In this document: positions 36,817 to 45,360 of the stretch, piece after piece | Numbering within the stretch: the stretch's first letter is position 1 | Layout of the letters: the number at the start of each line of letters is the position of its first letter | IMG/VR virus record: IMGVR_UViG_3300037047_000121 | Reading direction: 5' to 3' (one strand) | Length of the DNA stretch: 64,000 bases | Source of the DNA: a virus | The notes under the pieces: generated by a model | Seen by the model: only the letters and a program-made list of their open reading frames with translations | Databases searched by the model: none | What the model was told of the DNA's origin: nothing | Translations under genes and position numbers: made by a program

Positions 36817-37242
36817 TTACTCCGTCTCCGGCAGGTTCCGGAATCGGGCGAACGAGTCGAGGGTGTACTGATCGAGGATGGCGCGGGTCAAAACGCCGCC
36901 CGTTTCTCCCCGGTCTTTCAAAAACTGGATCCCATCCCGGAGGCTGGCCTGAAGTTCCTGGAGTTCCTTGTTGGTGAGACCGTCCCCGTGGTCGAACTTG
37001 CTCCACAGGGTGCTCTTCTTGGCGGAACGATCCAGCACGAAGGCTGGTGGTTTACCTTGAGCCAGATACCCGAAGGTATCTCGGTCGAACCTGACGGTGG
37101 CGAGCAGTCCCCCGCTTTCTCCTCGGGTGGAGAGGAACAGGATCCCCTGGTTGGCGGATCTGATGAGTTCCTGGATCTCGTCCGGGGAGAGGAGGCCAGG
37201 GTGCTGGTCGTATTTGGCCCACAGGGCGCTGATGTCATTCAT
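36817..37242 (-). CDS. protein with internal tandem duplication (two copies of about 45 aa)
   Basis: internal ATG with AGGAG RBS; repeats LWAKYDQHPGLLSPDEIQELIRS..FLSTRGESGGLLATV and LWSKFDHGDGLTNKELQELQAS..FLKDRGETGGVLTRA. Confidence 0.5.
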   Translation of the reverse strand: MNDISALWAKYDQHPGLLSPDEIQELIRSANQGILFLSTRGESGGLLATVRFDRDTFGYLAQGKPPAFVLDRSAKKSTLWSKFDHGDGLTNKELQELQASLRDGIQFLKDRGETGGVLTRAILDQYTLDSFARFRNLPETE

Positions 37243-37381
37243 ACGAGGAACTCCTGGGGGTCTCCCCCGTGCAGGACGAAGGTGTCGAGGACGAGACGGC
37301 CGTCGCCCAACAGGGAAACCGCGACGTAGGTGCCTTTGTCCACGATCATGTTGTTGATCCTCGGAGACTCTCCTATCCGGG

Positions 37382-37720
37382 TCAGCCGCGGTAGTTCGTG
37401 CCACCGACTTTCGAGGTGGCCTTGTGGAACACGGTCACTCCGCCTTCGGGGCTGTGGAACATGAGCGGGATTCCCGGGGACACGTTCGGGTCGAACGGGA
37501 CCTGGATCCCCTGGTAGACGGATCCAGGCACGAGGTTGAGGAACTGCACCGTGTTGTCCTTGATCCCGGCGCAGATCATGGGGCCTTCGGGACCGATGCC
37601 GTGGGTGGCGGCCCAGACGACATCACCCGGGTGCAGATTGTCGATCTGCTGCACGTTCCAGATTTTGGAGGGGTCACTCTGGAAAGAAACGACCAACTGA
37701 TGTGTTACCTGCATGTTCAT
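37382..37720 (-). CDS. hypothetical protein (112 aa)
   Basis: ORF. Confidence 0.55.
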   Translation of the reverse strand: MNMQVTHQLVVSFQSDPSKIWNVQQIDNLHPGDVVWAATHGIGPEGPMICAGIKDNTVQFLNLVPGSVYQGIQVPFDPNVSPGIPLMFHSPEGGVTVFHKATSKVGGTNYRG

Positions 37721-37775
37721 ACCTCATCCATCCAACGTTTTCGGGTCTACTCTGAACCCTGGGGAATGATCTGAT

Positions 37776-38177
37776 TTAATCGCGCGAGTAATCCAACATC
37801 AGTTGGTGCTGCCGGAGGCTCATGGAGATGTACGAGCCCTCGGGGCTACGCATCCCGGCCTGGATCAGGGATGCGAGTTCCCGAAGTCGCGCCAGATCCA
37901 AATCCCGGTCGTGCACCTCGAACTCGTCCCCCGCCAAACGGGGCTTCAACGGCTTGTCATGTCGCCACCGTCGCCACCTGGGAAGGCGTTCGTACTCCTG
38001 AAGCCGTTTCTGGTAATTCTCCATCATTTCCTGGAGGAATTCGTCGCGGCGTCTCTGTGCCTCTCGGTCCTGTTCTTCCCAGAACAGTTCTCGGGACTCG
38101 ATCTGGGCATTCAGCCGTCTCAGGATCTGGCTGAGCATGTTCCGATCGGAGGTTGGGACATTGACGCATCCATTCAT
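37776..38177 (-). CDS. hypothetical coiled-coil protein
   Basis: ATGA overlap with upstream gene stop. Confidence 0.5.
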   Translation of the reverse strand: MNGCVNVPTSDRNMLSQILRRLNAQIESRELFWEEQDREAQRRRDEFLQEMMENYQKRLQEYERLPRWRRWRHDKPLKPRLAGDEFEVHDRDLDLARLRELASLIQAGMRSPEGSYISMSLRQHQLMLDYSRD

Positions 38178-38464
38178 GGGATGTACACCGTCTTGCATAC
38201 TGAACACGTCACGGTTTCGCCGCTCTCGTCCCAGACGAGAAGGTCGACCGCCCGGTTCATGCATCGGGGGCAACCATCGTCCTCGGGGAGCAGATCCATG
38301 TGGCCGACGATCTCGTACTTGTCGACCCCGGGGATAGGGGACAGGGATCGACAGTTGTCCCAGAAGACATGTCCCTTGTCGTCCAGCACGGTGCCCAGCG
38401 TCCCCGGGGGAACGGGGTCGGGGTCGTCCATGAGGATGAGGCGGATGCGGTCACCGGGCTTCAT
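38174..38464 (-). CDS. hypothetical protein with CPRC...CSVC
   Basis: ORF. Confidence 0.55.
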   Translation of the reverse strand: MKPGDRIRLILMDDPDPVPPGTLGTVLDDKGHVFWDNCRSLSPIPGVDKYEIVGHMDLLPEDDGCPRCMNRAVDLLVWDESGETVTCSVCKTVYIP

Positions 38465-38473
38465 GTCCTCCTC

Positions 38474-38818
38474 CTACCAGCGCAGGATTTCGCGAAGCTG
38501 CTCCCAGGTCGTCCGCTGCCGGGGCTTGAAGTTCGGCAGGGGCGGCAGTTCGTTCTTGCCGGGGAACACCTGGAGGTGCCACGTGTCCAGACTGTGGCCC
38601 ACTTCCACGACCTGGAAACCACGCTTTTCGAGTACCTCGATGACGAGGTTGTCATCGAAGTCGGAAGTCGTGCTCGGCCACCCCTGAGGGTGGAACAGAT
38701 CGAGCGGTCGTCCGAACTGGCGCTCCTGTGGGGTCCACTGGGACAGATCGACGAAAGCCCGTACTGCGGACACGTCCTCGTCCGAGATGACGCCAAGACG
38801 CATGTTGATCACTGCCAT
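38474..38818 (-). CDS. hypothetical protein
   Basis: internal ATG; weak RBS. Confidence 0.4.
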   Translation of the reverse strand: MAVINMRLGVISDEDVSAVRAFVDLSQWTPQERQFGRPLDLFHPQGWPSTTSDFDDNLVIEVLEKRGFQVVEVGHSLDTWHLQVFPGKNELPPLPNFKPRQRTTWEQLREILRW

Positions 38819-38832
38819 TCTGAGGGTTCCTT

Positions 38833-39342
38833 TCAACGGCTCAGAAGGTTGTAGGTTTCCCAGTCCTCGTAGCGAACCGTCACGACGTCGCCTTTTCGGT
38901 CGCCCCACATGGGGCCGCAGAGTCCGTCGATCACCGGCTGCCCCTGGAGTTCCGGCTTGAGGTGTCGGTAGTTCGGACCCGTGGATTCACCCGTGGCTGT
39001 GTAGCGTGCGAGGAGCGCCTCACGGGAACGGAACGTCTCAATGCCGTTCTTGCTGACGACCAGATAGTGGGTTTCGGTTCCCGGCAGGGCGGCCTCCAGG
39101 GAAGTCACGATCGCGCTCTTCGTGGCTTTGCACCCGAACCCGACCTGCCGTCCGCGGATTTTGCCCTCGACGCTGACCTGCCCGTCCGCGTGCAGCTTGA
39201 TCCCCAGGTTGTTGTCGGCGTTCTCGTACCAGAGGATGTCCCCCTCGACGAACCCGCGGATCGACCCGTGGGGAACCCCGAGCGCATTCCAGATGCTGGG
39301 GTACGGGATTTCGAGTTCCTGCTTGAGTCGCTCCAGAATCAT
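38833..39342 (-). CDS. hypothetical protein (169 aa)
   Basis: ATG with GAGGGAGG RBS directly after promoter motif. Confidence 0.55.
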   Translation of the reverse strand: MILERLKQELEIPYPSIWNALGVPHGSIRGFVEGDILWYENADNNLGIKLHADGQVSVEGKIRGRQVGFGCKATKSAIVTSLEAALPGTETHYLVVSKNGIETFRSREALLARYTATGESTGPNYRHLKPELQGQPVIDGLCGPMWGDRKGDVVTVRYEDWETYNLLSR

Positions 39343-39361
39343 GAGATACCTCCCTCTGAAT

Positions 39362-39392
39362 GGACTACTCGGATGCCGGACGAGATGATCCC
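39362..39392 (-). promoter_or_regulatory. phage bipartite promoter-like motif (followed by a degenerate divergent copy)
   Basis: GGACTACTC-N12-AGATGATCCC. Confidence 0.5.
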
Positions 39393-39418
39393 GACGGATC
39401 GTTCCGCGGAAACTCCGC

Positions 39419-39751
39419 TCAGCGGGTGGGGTTCTCTTTCGGGACACAGAGGGCAAAAGCATCTGGGTCGACCTGGGTTGCCAGGAAAGCACCACCCCCC
39501 GGGGGGATGCAGATGTACGGGGTGTTTCTCACACGCCGCAACTGGAACTGCGTGCCGAGTTCCATTCCTCGCTGGTGGCAGTCCTGGGAGCGCAAGGCTT
39601 TGATGCACCGCTGCTCATCCTGCTGACTGTTGAAATCGAGCACCGCCATGAACAGCGTCGTCAGTCCGACGGTAAGGGCAATGAGGCATGCCATCGAGGT
39701 AAGGAAAAAGAACAGGATCGGGCACGACTTTGTCTGGTTTGTATCCGTCAT
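39419..39751 (-). CDS. small membrane protein (one TM helix)
   Basis: hydrophobic stretch ILFFFLTSMACLIALTVGLTTLFMAVL. Confidence 0.5.
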   Translation of the reverse strand: MTDTNQTKSCPILFFFLTSMACLIALTVGLTTLFMAVLDFNSQQDEQRCIKALRSQDCHQRGMELGTQFQLRRVRNTPYICIPPGGGAFLATQVDPDAFALCVPKENPTR

Positions 39752-39760
39752 GGGTTTCCG

Positions 39761-40036
39761 TTACCGATTGGAGTTGTCGACGATGGAGTCCGGATTCGGC
39801 TTCAATATCAGCAGGAGTCGTTCGAGATGCAGTGCCTTCTGTCGTCCGTGAACGAAAAACGTGGTAAATCCGACTCGAACGCTCAGGGTACTCCAGGAGC
39901 GCCAGAAGAACCAGGAGTCGACGTCTGCCTGAATGTCGCCCTCCCACATGAGGTCCGCCTGGAACCGCACTTTCCCTTTTTCATTAGAGAGCGTGACGAT
40001 CAGATCTGGGGTTACGGTGCAGATCGGGAGAGTCAT
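39761..40036 (-). CDS. hypothetical protein (91 aa)
   Basis: ORF. Confidence 0.5.
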   Translation of the reverse strand: MTLPICTVTPDLIVTLSNEKGKVRFQADLMWEGDIQADVDSWFFWRSWSTLSVRVGFTTFFVHGRQKALHLERLLLILKPNPDSIVDNSNR

Positions 40037-40049
40037 CTTGTTCTCCTGT

Positions 40050-40310
40050 TCAGGTAGCGTTCTGCCGTCGTGCCAGAATGGCCGTTGACACCGCGAGCGC
40101 CAGTGCCCTCAGGCACGTCGGGGAAACGATCAGGTCGGAGTCCCTGATATCCTGCTGGAGGGTTTCGGTGTCGACCGGCCACTGGTCGAAGGGAACCCCG
40201 GGGGCCACGTAGGTCTGGTACCAGTCGAGAGCGGACTGGCGATTGAACCAGTCCTCTCGGATGTCCCCATTGCTGTAGAGGATGAACCCGTCGTCCTCGA
40301 ACCGCGTCAT
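40050..40310 (-). CDS. hypothetical protein (86 aa)
   Basis: ORF. Confidence 0.5.
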   Translation of the reverse strand: MTRFEDDGFILYSNGDIREDWFNRQSALDWYQTYVAPGVPFDQWPVDTETLQQDIRDSDLIVSPTCLRALALAVSTAILARRQNAT

Positions 40311-40525
40311 TCCCGACCTCCGTCGATCACCCGCAGCCAGTCCGGGGTACCCGGGACCCTTTTTCCGGGACGTTCCGGTGAAGGGATGGGGGTCGCCTCC
40401 ACCTGCACTTGCACGGTCACCTCGGGGTTTGGGTACACGAACCTGCGGGGATTCTGTTTTTCACCAGCCCACGTTTCCGCGAGTTGTGCCCACTCTCGCC
40501 CACAGCGCTCCCAGTCGTCCATCAT
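40307..40525 (-). CDS. hypothetical protein (72 aa)
   Basis: ATGA overlap. Confidence 0.45.
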   Translation of the reverse strand: MMDDWERCGREWAQLAETWAGEKQNPRRFVYPNPEVTVQVQVEATPIPSPERPGKRVPGTPDWLRVIDGGRE

Positions 40526-40785
40526 GCCCTTGCAACTCCGCTCTCATCGTCCGAAACGATGAAGAACTCGACGCCCTCGTCCTGGTGGTTTTCGACCCAG
40601 TCCGCGGCGATGTCCAGATCCATGGTCGGGTCGTGCCGCTCCATGAACATGCGACCGTCGGTGTAGCAGGTGTAACCGAACCGAGGATCTTTGTCGATCC
40701 AGAGTCGAGGGGTGCCCTCTGCCGTCACCAGTACTTTTTTGACCAAGTCAGTCCTCCCGATCGGCCTCGATCTCGTCGTGCGCAA
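40522..40785 (-). CDS. hypothetical protein (87 aa)
   Basis: ATGA overlap. Confidence 0.45.
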   Translation of the reverse strand: MRTTRSRPIGRTDLVKKVLVTAEGTPRLWIDKDPRFGYTCYTDGRMFMERHDPTMDLDIAADWVENHQDEGVEFFIVSDDESGVARA

Positions 40786-41083
40786 CCAGCTTCATGCGGT
40801 ACGACACGTGGGAGATGTAGATGCTCTCCGCTTTCTGTCTGTCTCCCCAAAACTCCCAGGCCCCTCTGGAGTATCGTGCCCAGACGCGATCGTCGCTCCG
40901 CACCTCCTGTTTCGGGTTCACCAGGAAGTTGGCGTCCGGGTAAACCCCCGAGTGCCCCGCCGGGAGGACGAACACCTCCAGGGTATCAGTTTCCAGCGGG
41001 AGCAGGAACAGCGCCGGACCCGGTGCCCTGGCCAGGGTTCTGGTGTTCCAAATGACCTGTGTGAGCAGAGCCTCGAAATCCAT
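40748..41083 (-). CDS. hypothetical protein (111 aa)
   Basis: ATG right after promoter motif; remainder of the listed 333-aa ORF is antisense artefact. Confidence 0.5.
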   Translation of the reverse strand: MDFEALLTQVIWNTRTLARAPGPALFLLPLETDTLEVFVLPAGHSGVYPDANFLVNPKQEVRSDDRVWARYSRGAWEFWGDRQKAESIYISHVSYRMKLVAHDEIEADRED

Positions 41084-41100
41084 GTGCGTCCTCCTTATGG

Positions 41101-41131
41101 GATCTACTCTGTCCGGGTTTGAGATGATCCC
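41101..41131 (-). promoter_or_regulatory. phage promoter-like motif, minus-direction half of divergent pair
   Basis: ATCTACTC-N12-AGATGATCCC. Confidence 0.5.
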
Positions 41132-41162
41132 GGGATCATTCCGCGGGAACTCCGAGTAGTGG
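41132..41162 (+). promoter_or_regulatory. phage promoter-like motif, plus-direction half of divergent pair
   Basis: GGGATCATT-N13-GAGTAGTGG; the two upstream elements abut as palindrome GATGATCCCGGGATCATT. Confidence 0.5.
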
Positions 41163-41182
41163 TGGTAGGAGGGCAGGAAACC

Positions 41183-41737
41183 ATGAGCCAGAACTGGATC
41201 GAGTGCGGGTTGCCGTGGAGGAACTACGAGTTCCCGAACCTGGATGCTCCCGATCTTCAGGAGGAGATGAGAGCGGATTTCGGGGAGACGTTCGACGAGG
41301 TCGTCGCGCGGATCGATTTCGACCTGATCACTGGGATCAAAGAGGATATCTCCGCGGATCTCGTGGACGCCGGATGGGATCCGAACAGCCCGGAGTTCGA
41401 AAAGGAAGTTCAGCTTCAGTACGAGAAGGAGATGCGACGGCTGGGCAACGACGTGATGTTCAAGGACAACGAGAAGCGCCGCACGATGTTGGAGTGGCGA
41501 CGGGACCACCCCAAACTGCTGGTTTTCAACCAGGAGTGCGCCCGGCTGAACGAGGAACTGAACCGGAGGTGTTTCAAGGGAGCGGGTCTCGCCTTGCCGG
41601 GAACCCAGATCGAGATCGAGGGTGGCAAGCGGCTGCTGATCGGGGATATCAATCCGCTGGGCGGAATCTGCGACGACTGCGCCGGGATCGACGACGACAC
41701 GATCATCGTCCGGTACCGCGTGTTCGACCTGACCTGA
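41183..41737 (+). CDS. hypothetical protein; C-terminus paralogous to 18094..18663
   Basis: ATG with AGGAGGG RBS. Confidence 0.55.
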   Translation: MSQNWIECGLPWRNYEFPNLDAPDLQEEMRADFGETFDEVVARIDFDLITGIKEDISADLVDAGWDPNSPEFEKEVQLQYEKEMRRLGNDVMFKDNEKRRTMLEWRRDHPKLLVFNQECARLNEELNRRCFKGAGLALPGTQIEIEGGKRLLIGDINPLGGICDDCAGIDDDTIIVRYRVFDLT

Positions 41738-41748
41738 GGAGAAACACA

Positions 41749-41997
41749 ATGACCCGTGCAGAGAGACTGCGCTCCGAGGCCGAGGGGATACTGTGTGTCA
41801 ACAACTGCCTCACCACGATGAACAGCATCGGGTGGGCTCGCGGCATCCTGGATCGGGACCTGGGCCTCTGCCTTTCCGAGAGAGGCGAGTGTTCCGAGGA
41901 CTGGTTCGAAGGGTACCAGGAGGGTTGGTGCTCGATGGACGATGCCCTGAAGGCGGAGGCATGGGTGAACAGCCTCCGTGCCTCAGTTTCGGAGTAG
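41749..41997 (+). CDS. small protein, paralog of next gene
   Basis: GAGGAG RBS; GWARGILDRDLG...EGWCSMDDALKAE. Confidence 0.5.
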   Translation: MTRAERLRSEAEGILCVNNCLTTMNSIGWARGILDRDLGLCLSERGECSEDWFEGYQEGWCSMDDALKAEAWVNSLRASVSE

Positions 41998-42017
41998 TCC
42001 TAGAGAGGATGTCTGTC

Positions 42018-42260
42018 ATGCCGGACATGAAACCGTCGGAGCAGCGGCTTTTTGACGCGGTGATGATTTTCAGTTCCCCTACGTCCAGTCCCCGTCAGGT
42101 GGGCTGGGCAACGGGAGTCATCGATCGGTACGAGCCCGGCAACGAGTTGTTCCCGCACCTTCTCCAAAAAGAGTGGCAGGAAGGTTTCGCCGCGGGATGG
42201 GCTGAAATGGACGAGGCCCTCACGACGGAACTGGGATCATTTCGGCGGGGTCCTGAGTAG
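42018..42260 (+). CDS. small protein, paralog of previous gene
   Basis: GWATGVIDRYEPG...AGWAEMDEALTTE. Confidence 0.5.
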   Translation: MPDMKPSEQRLFDAVMIFSSPTSSPRQVGWATGVIDRYEPGNELFPHLLQKEWQEGFAAGWAEMDEALTTELGSFRRGPE

Positions 42261-42262
42261 TC
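42233..42262 (+). promoter_or_regulatory. phage bipartite promoter-like motif (overlaps 3' end of upstream gene)
   Basis: GGGATCATT-N12-GAGTAGTCC. Confidence 0.5.
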
Positions 42263-42278
42263 CTTGCAAGGAGGGAAC

Positions 42279-42530
42279 ATGAAGATCACGCAGCTTCAGG
42301 AGACCCCGCACCCGGTGTTCGAGGCCGAGGTCACGTCCAAGAGGGACATCTGGGCGCTGGCCGACTGGTTGATGGAAAGGGATCGGCCGGAGGACATGTC
42401 CATCTCCCTGGACGGGTGCATGTTTACGTTCCGGACACGGGTCGAGGCATGCCAGTTCGCCCTCGGTCTCACGAAGGCTCTGGGTTTCGTCAACGTTTTC
42501 GAAGCTCGTGAGCTGGGGATTTCCGCATAA
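42279..42530 (+). CDS. hypothetical protein (83 aa)
   Basis: ATG with AAGGAGGGAAC RBS. Confidence 0.5.
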   Translation: MKITQLQETPHPVFEAEVTSKRDIWALADWLMERDRPEDMSISLDGCMFTFRTRVEACQFALGLTKALGFVNVFEARELGISA

Positions 42531-42539
42531 GGAGGGGAC

Positions 42540-42743
42540 GTGAACGACTACGGAAGCAACCAGAAGAACGGTCATCCAGGAAGTCCGTCGGCTGATCCAG
42601 GACAAGCCCTGGTTTCGGGGCATCTGCCTGGACCAGCTTCCCACGGAGCAGGAGTGTCAGGAGAACTTCCAGGGCTCCGTGGACACGGTGATGATGGACA
42701 CGATGTACTGGGATGCCCCCACCGAAGAGATGTTCGGGTAAGC
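42540..42743 (+). pseudogene. small gene with apparent +1 frame change (GTG start frame differs from protein-like frame)
   Basis: AAGGAGGGG RBS + GTG 42540 in frame A; high-GC3 protein-like frame B (..VIQEVRRLIQDKPWFRGICLDQL..) lacks a start codon. Confidence 0.35.
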
Positions 42744-42753
42744 TGACTGATCT

Positions 42754-42784
42754 GGGATCATTTCTGGGCTCCGCGGAGTAGTTT
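42754..42784 (+). promoter_or_regulatory. phage bipartite promoter-like motif
   Basis: GGGATCATT-N13-GAGTAGTTT. Confidence 0.5.
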
Positions 42785-42802
42785 CTCTGGATGGAGGAAC
42801 TC

Positions 42803-43213
42803 ATGAGCCCGGAACAGCTTTTCGAGATCGGGATGCAGATCCGGCAGGAAGTTTCTCATTTGGGGGATCTCGAAAACCCTACGGAGAAAGCGTTCCCTCC
42901 GGATCTGGAAACGGCTTGCGCGGTCGCGTCGTACCGACTGGCGAAGGCGCTCCAGGAAAAGGGTCTCCCGGCGGTTCTCGTGCAGGGGCTGTTTTTTCGG
43001 CCTCAAAATGACTGGGGACTCGATCACTGCTGGGTCGAAATCGCGGGACAGATTCTGGACGTGACTGCCACTCAGTTCAACGTCAAGGAAAAGGTGCTGA
43101 TCGTTCCCGCGACGGATCCCCGGTTTCGCCCGATCCACCGAGGGGACGCGGCACTGAAAGACCTGACGGAGTGGCCGAGCGAGCAGCAGCCCTGGAACTA
43201 TTACGAGGAGTAA
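42803..43213 (+). CDS. hypothetical protein (136 aa)
   Basis: ATG with GGAGG RBS. Confidence 0.55.
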   Translation: MSPEQLFEIGMQIRQEVSHLGDLENPTEKAFPPDLETACAVASYRLAKALQEKGLPAVLVQGLFFRPQNDWGLDHCWVEIAGQILDVTATQFNVKEKVLIVPATDPRFRPIHRGDAALKDLTEWPSEQQPWNYYEE

Positions 43214-43336
43214 AAAATGAACAAGCGTCCCGGACATCCGAACAATCTCGTGGCCACCCCACTCGACGAGGACATGACGGAGATGTTCGGATCTCCATTC
43301 TGTTTCAACGGGGTAAATAAAATTCACCCCTGATCA

Positions 43337-43717
43337 GTGGGGGGGCGATACTCCGGGCCTACTGCTATGACCCGGCCGAGACAGAGCGTTCTGTGGAAGA
43401 AGGTCGGGTCAAGCACCGCGAGACTCAGCAGCGGCTGGAAAAAGCCCGGAGTGAATCTCCTCTCCACCAGCAACGATATATGCCCGACCTGCAGCCATTC
43501 GATGAAGAAGGAGTGCGGCAGTTCCTCGAAGCCGGGAGTTTCCGGAACATCGGAAGGGAAGCCTCCCAGGACGGCCCTGCGGGTGATGGCTTTCCTCGCC
43601 AAGTTCCTGTCCCCTGGAGAAGACCCCGTCAAAACGGTGGCAGGGCTGATGGCCACGGCGGGGTGGGACGTCGACCCCGAGGTCATGGACTGGGTCGACA
43701 GCGATCCAGAGGACTAG
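43337..43717 (+). CDS. hypothetical protein; start uncertain
   Basis: higher GC3 than the overlapping 43393 frame; C-terminal DPEVMDWVDSDPED. Confidence 0.35.
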   Translation: MGGRYSGPTAMTRPRQSVLWKKVGSSTARLSSGWKKPGVNLLSTSNDICPTCSHSMKKECGSSSKPGVSGTSEGKPPRTALRVMAFLAKFLSPGEDPVKTVAGLMATAGWDVDPEVMDWVDSDPED

Positions 43718-44253
43718 TTCTCAACGGGACTGGCCATTTTGCGGTAACCCTGAGTTCTTGCCAGCAACTCGCGGATCTCATCCTCCGGGGCGCCGGTACT
43801 CCGAACGTTGGCCTCCACGAGCACCTCGGTCATGGTAAGGTCGTGGGCCTCTTCAAAGGCAGGGTCGACCTGTCCTTTCATCTCCCGGAGGAGAGTTTCC
43901 CGATCTTTCCGGGAGATGAAAAGCAACCTGTGGGGCCAAGAAGCCATCCGGTAATACATTCCCCTGGGGAAACGTTCTTTGACCGCAGCCTCGATAGACC
44001 CCATCACCAGGGAAAGCTGATGCCGCCAACAAGAGAAAACGCGGTCGGGAGACAATCGAACCTCAAAGGGACGATCCATTTTGCTGATCATCCCCCCGAA
44101 ATCCATGTGCGCGATCTCTTGCTTTTCAATTTGTATGGGCCGGAACAACCGTCTGGTTGCAACGTCCTCGATCCGCTGTCTGGCAACACTTGGGTGGCAG
44201 ATGTGCATTTTCAGTTTGGCATCATCGGCATACCGGAAATAGACCCATTTCAT
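43714..44253 (-). CDS. hypothetical protein (179 aa), lone minus-strand gene inside + block
   Basis: ATG with GGAAGGAG RBS; degenerate promoter-like motif upstream (44263-44300). Confidence 0.55.
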   Translation of the reverse strand: MKWVYFRYADDAKLKMHICHPSVARQRIEDVATRRLFRPIQIEKQEIAHMDFGGMISKMDRPFEVRLSPDRVFSCWRHQLSLVMGSIEAAVKERFPRGMYYRMASWPHRLLFISRKDRETLLREMKGQVDPAFEEAHDLTMTEVLVEANVRSTGAPEDEIRELLARTQGYRKMASPVEN

Positions 44254-44332
44254 TCAAAAGCTCCTTCCCTCTGGATCCTACTCCAACGGGAACGGAAAGA
44301 GACCCAAAGACCTGGAACAGGGTATAAGTGAT

Positions 44333-44363
44333 GGGATCATTCCGGATCCTTTCAGAGTAGAAG
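44333..44363 (+). promoter_or_regulatory. phage bipartite promoter-like motif
   Basis: GGGATCATT-N14-GAGTAGAAG. Confidence 0.45.
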
Positions 44364-44383
44364 CTCTGAAAGGGGTAGAAACC

Positions 44384-44590
44384 ATGAAGAACGATTACAG
44401 ACTCCAGGCCGCCGCCAAGCTGATCCCGGATCCGGCGGTACAGCGCCAGGATTCTCTGACGGATCAGATGGTGACCCTGATGGATCTCGCCCGCCGCGCG
44501 GGCTGCTACGACGCCGCCGACTGGCTCCAGCAGGAGTGGCTGCGGCGCTGCGAACTTCACCAGCCGGGCGTTGCCCGCAATCATCGGTAA
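44384..44590 (+). CDS. hypothetical protein (68 aa)
   Basis: ORF after promoter. Confidence 0.5.
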   Translation: MKNDYRLQAAAKLIPDPAVQRQDSLTDQMVTLMDLARRAGCYDAADWLQQEWLRRCELHQPGVARNHR

Positions 44591-44624
44591 CGGTATGCAG
44601 ACAAGGTCAGAGGAGAACGGTTCG

Positions 44625-44999
44625 ATGCACACCGAGGTCGAGCACATCTGTGCCCTGCTTCAGGGAGACCAGATCAATGAATGCTCCTGCTCCCTCCGGG
44701 CACGGCGCTCCGGGCGAGTCCTGACGCACAGGAGCCCCCTCCTGTGGCATCTTCGTCCCGGTCCGGGCCGCCCGGCGCTCGTCTCCGAGCCCACCGGCGA
44801 CTGGTACGACGGAGATGATGACGGCCACGAGTGGCAGCTTCGGTACGCGATCTTTTTCTGCCCCGGAGACCGCACCGTGGACGGTGCGGTCGGGTATGAG
44901 ATCTATACCGACGACGGACGCGGGAACGGGGATCAGATCGGGTTCGAGTCGAACCTCATCGATGCCATCGAGACCTGCGAGAGCGGTCGGCTCCAGTAG
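44625..44999 (+). CDS. hypothetical protein
   Basis: ATG with GAGGAG RBS (alternative ATG 44595). Confidence 0.5.
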   Translation: MHTEVEHICALLQGDQINECSCSLRARRSGRVLTHRSPLLWHLRPGPGRPALVSEPTGDWYDGDDDGHEWQLRYAIFFCPGDRTVDGAVGYEIYTDDGRGNGDQIGFESNLIDAIETCESGRLQ

Positions 45000-45042
45000 C
45001 CGTTATACGTTCGAAGTTTTCTGCAACGTATAACTCCCATCT

Positions 45043-45073
45043 GGGATCATTCCCCCAGATCCAGAGTAGTCCT
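45043..45073 (+). promoter_or_regulatory. phage bipartite promoter-like motif
   Basis: GGGATCATT-N13-GAGTAGTCC. Confidence 0.5.
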
Positions 45074-45105
45074 TCTGAGGCAAGGGAAGCCGAGAGGGGG
45101 ACGAA

Positions 45106-45360
45106 ATGGACACCCAGACCTTCAATCCGGCCGACTTCGCGTTCGAGTGGACCCCGGATTGGTACGACTGGGACTCGGCAGCGGCGCACAACATGGCGCG
45201 GGACGCCCGGGACACGGAGGCCAAACGGCTGAAGGCCCAGGGTTTCCGGGTCAAGAAGTGGTCCAGCCCGAACCAACTCATCACGCGGGGCGGAATCGGA
45301 ACGCCCCATCCCGAGATCGACATGGTGGTCACGGTCTACTGCGTCACCATCCGGCACTAA
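45106..45360 (+). CDS. hypothetical protein (84 aa)
   Basis: ATG with GAGAGGGGGA RBS. Confidence 0.5.
   Translation: MDTQTFNPADFAFEWTPDWYDWDSAAAHNMARDARDTEAKRLKAQGFRVKKWSSPNQLITRGGIGTPHPEIDMVVTVYCVTIRH

Noticed and set aside
40748-41749. 333-aa minus-strand ORF
   Set aside because: Only the last 111 codons (40748..41083) follow a promoter motif and RBS; the rest is antisense to the plus-strand gene 41183..41737
43217-43333. 38-aa ORF after gene 42803..43213
   Set aside because: Very short, AT-rich, weak RBS; region more likely a transcript 3' end
43393-44331. 312-aa plus-strand ORF
   Set aside because: Mostly antisense to minus-strand gene 43714..44253; lower GC3 than the competing frame
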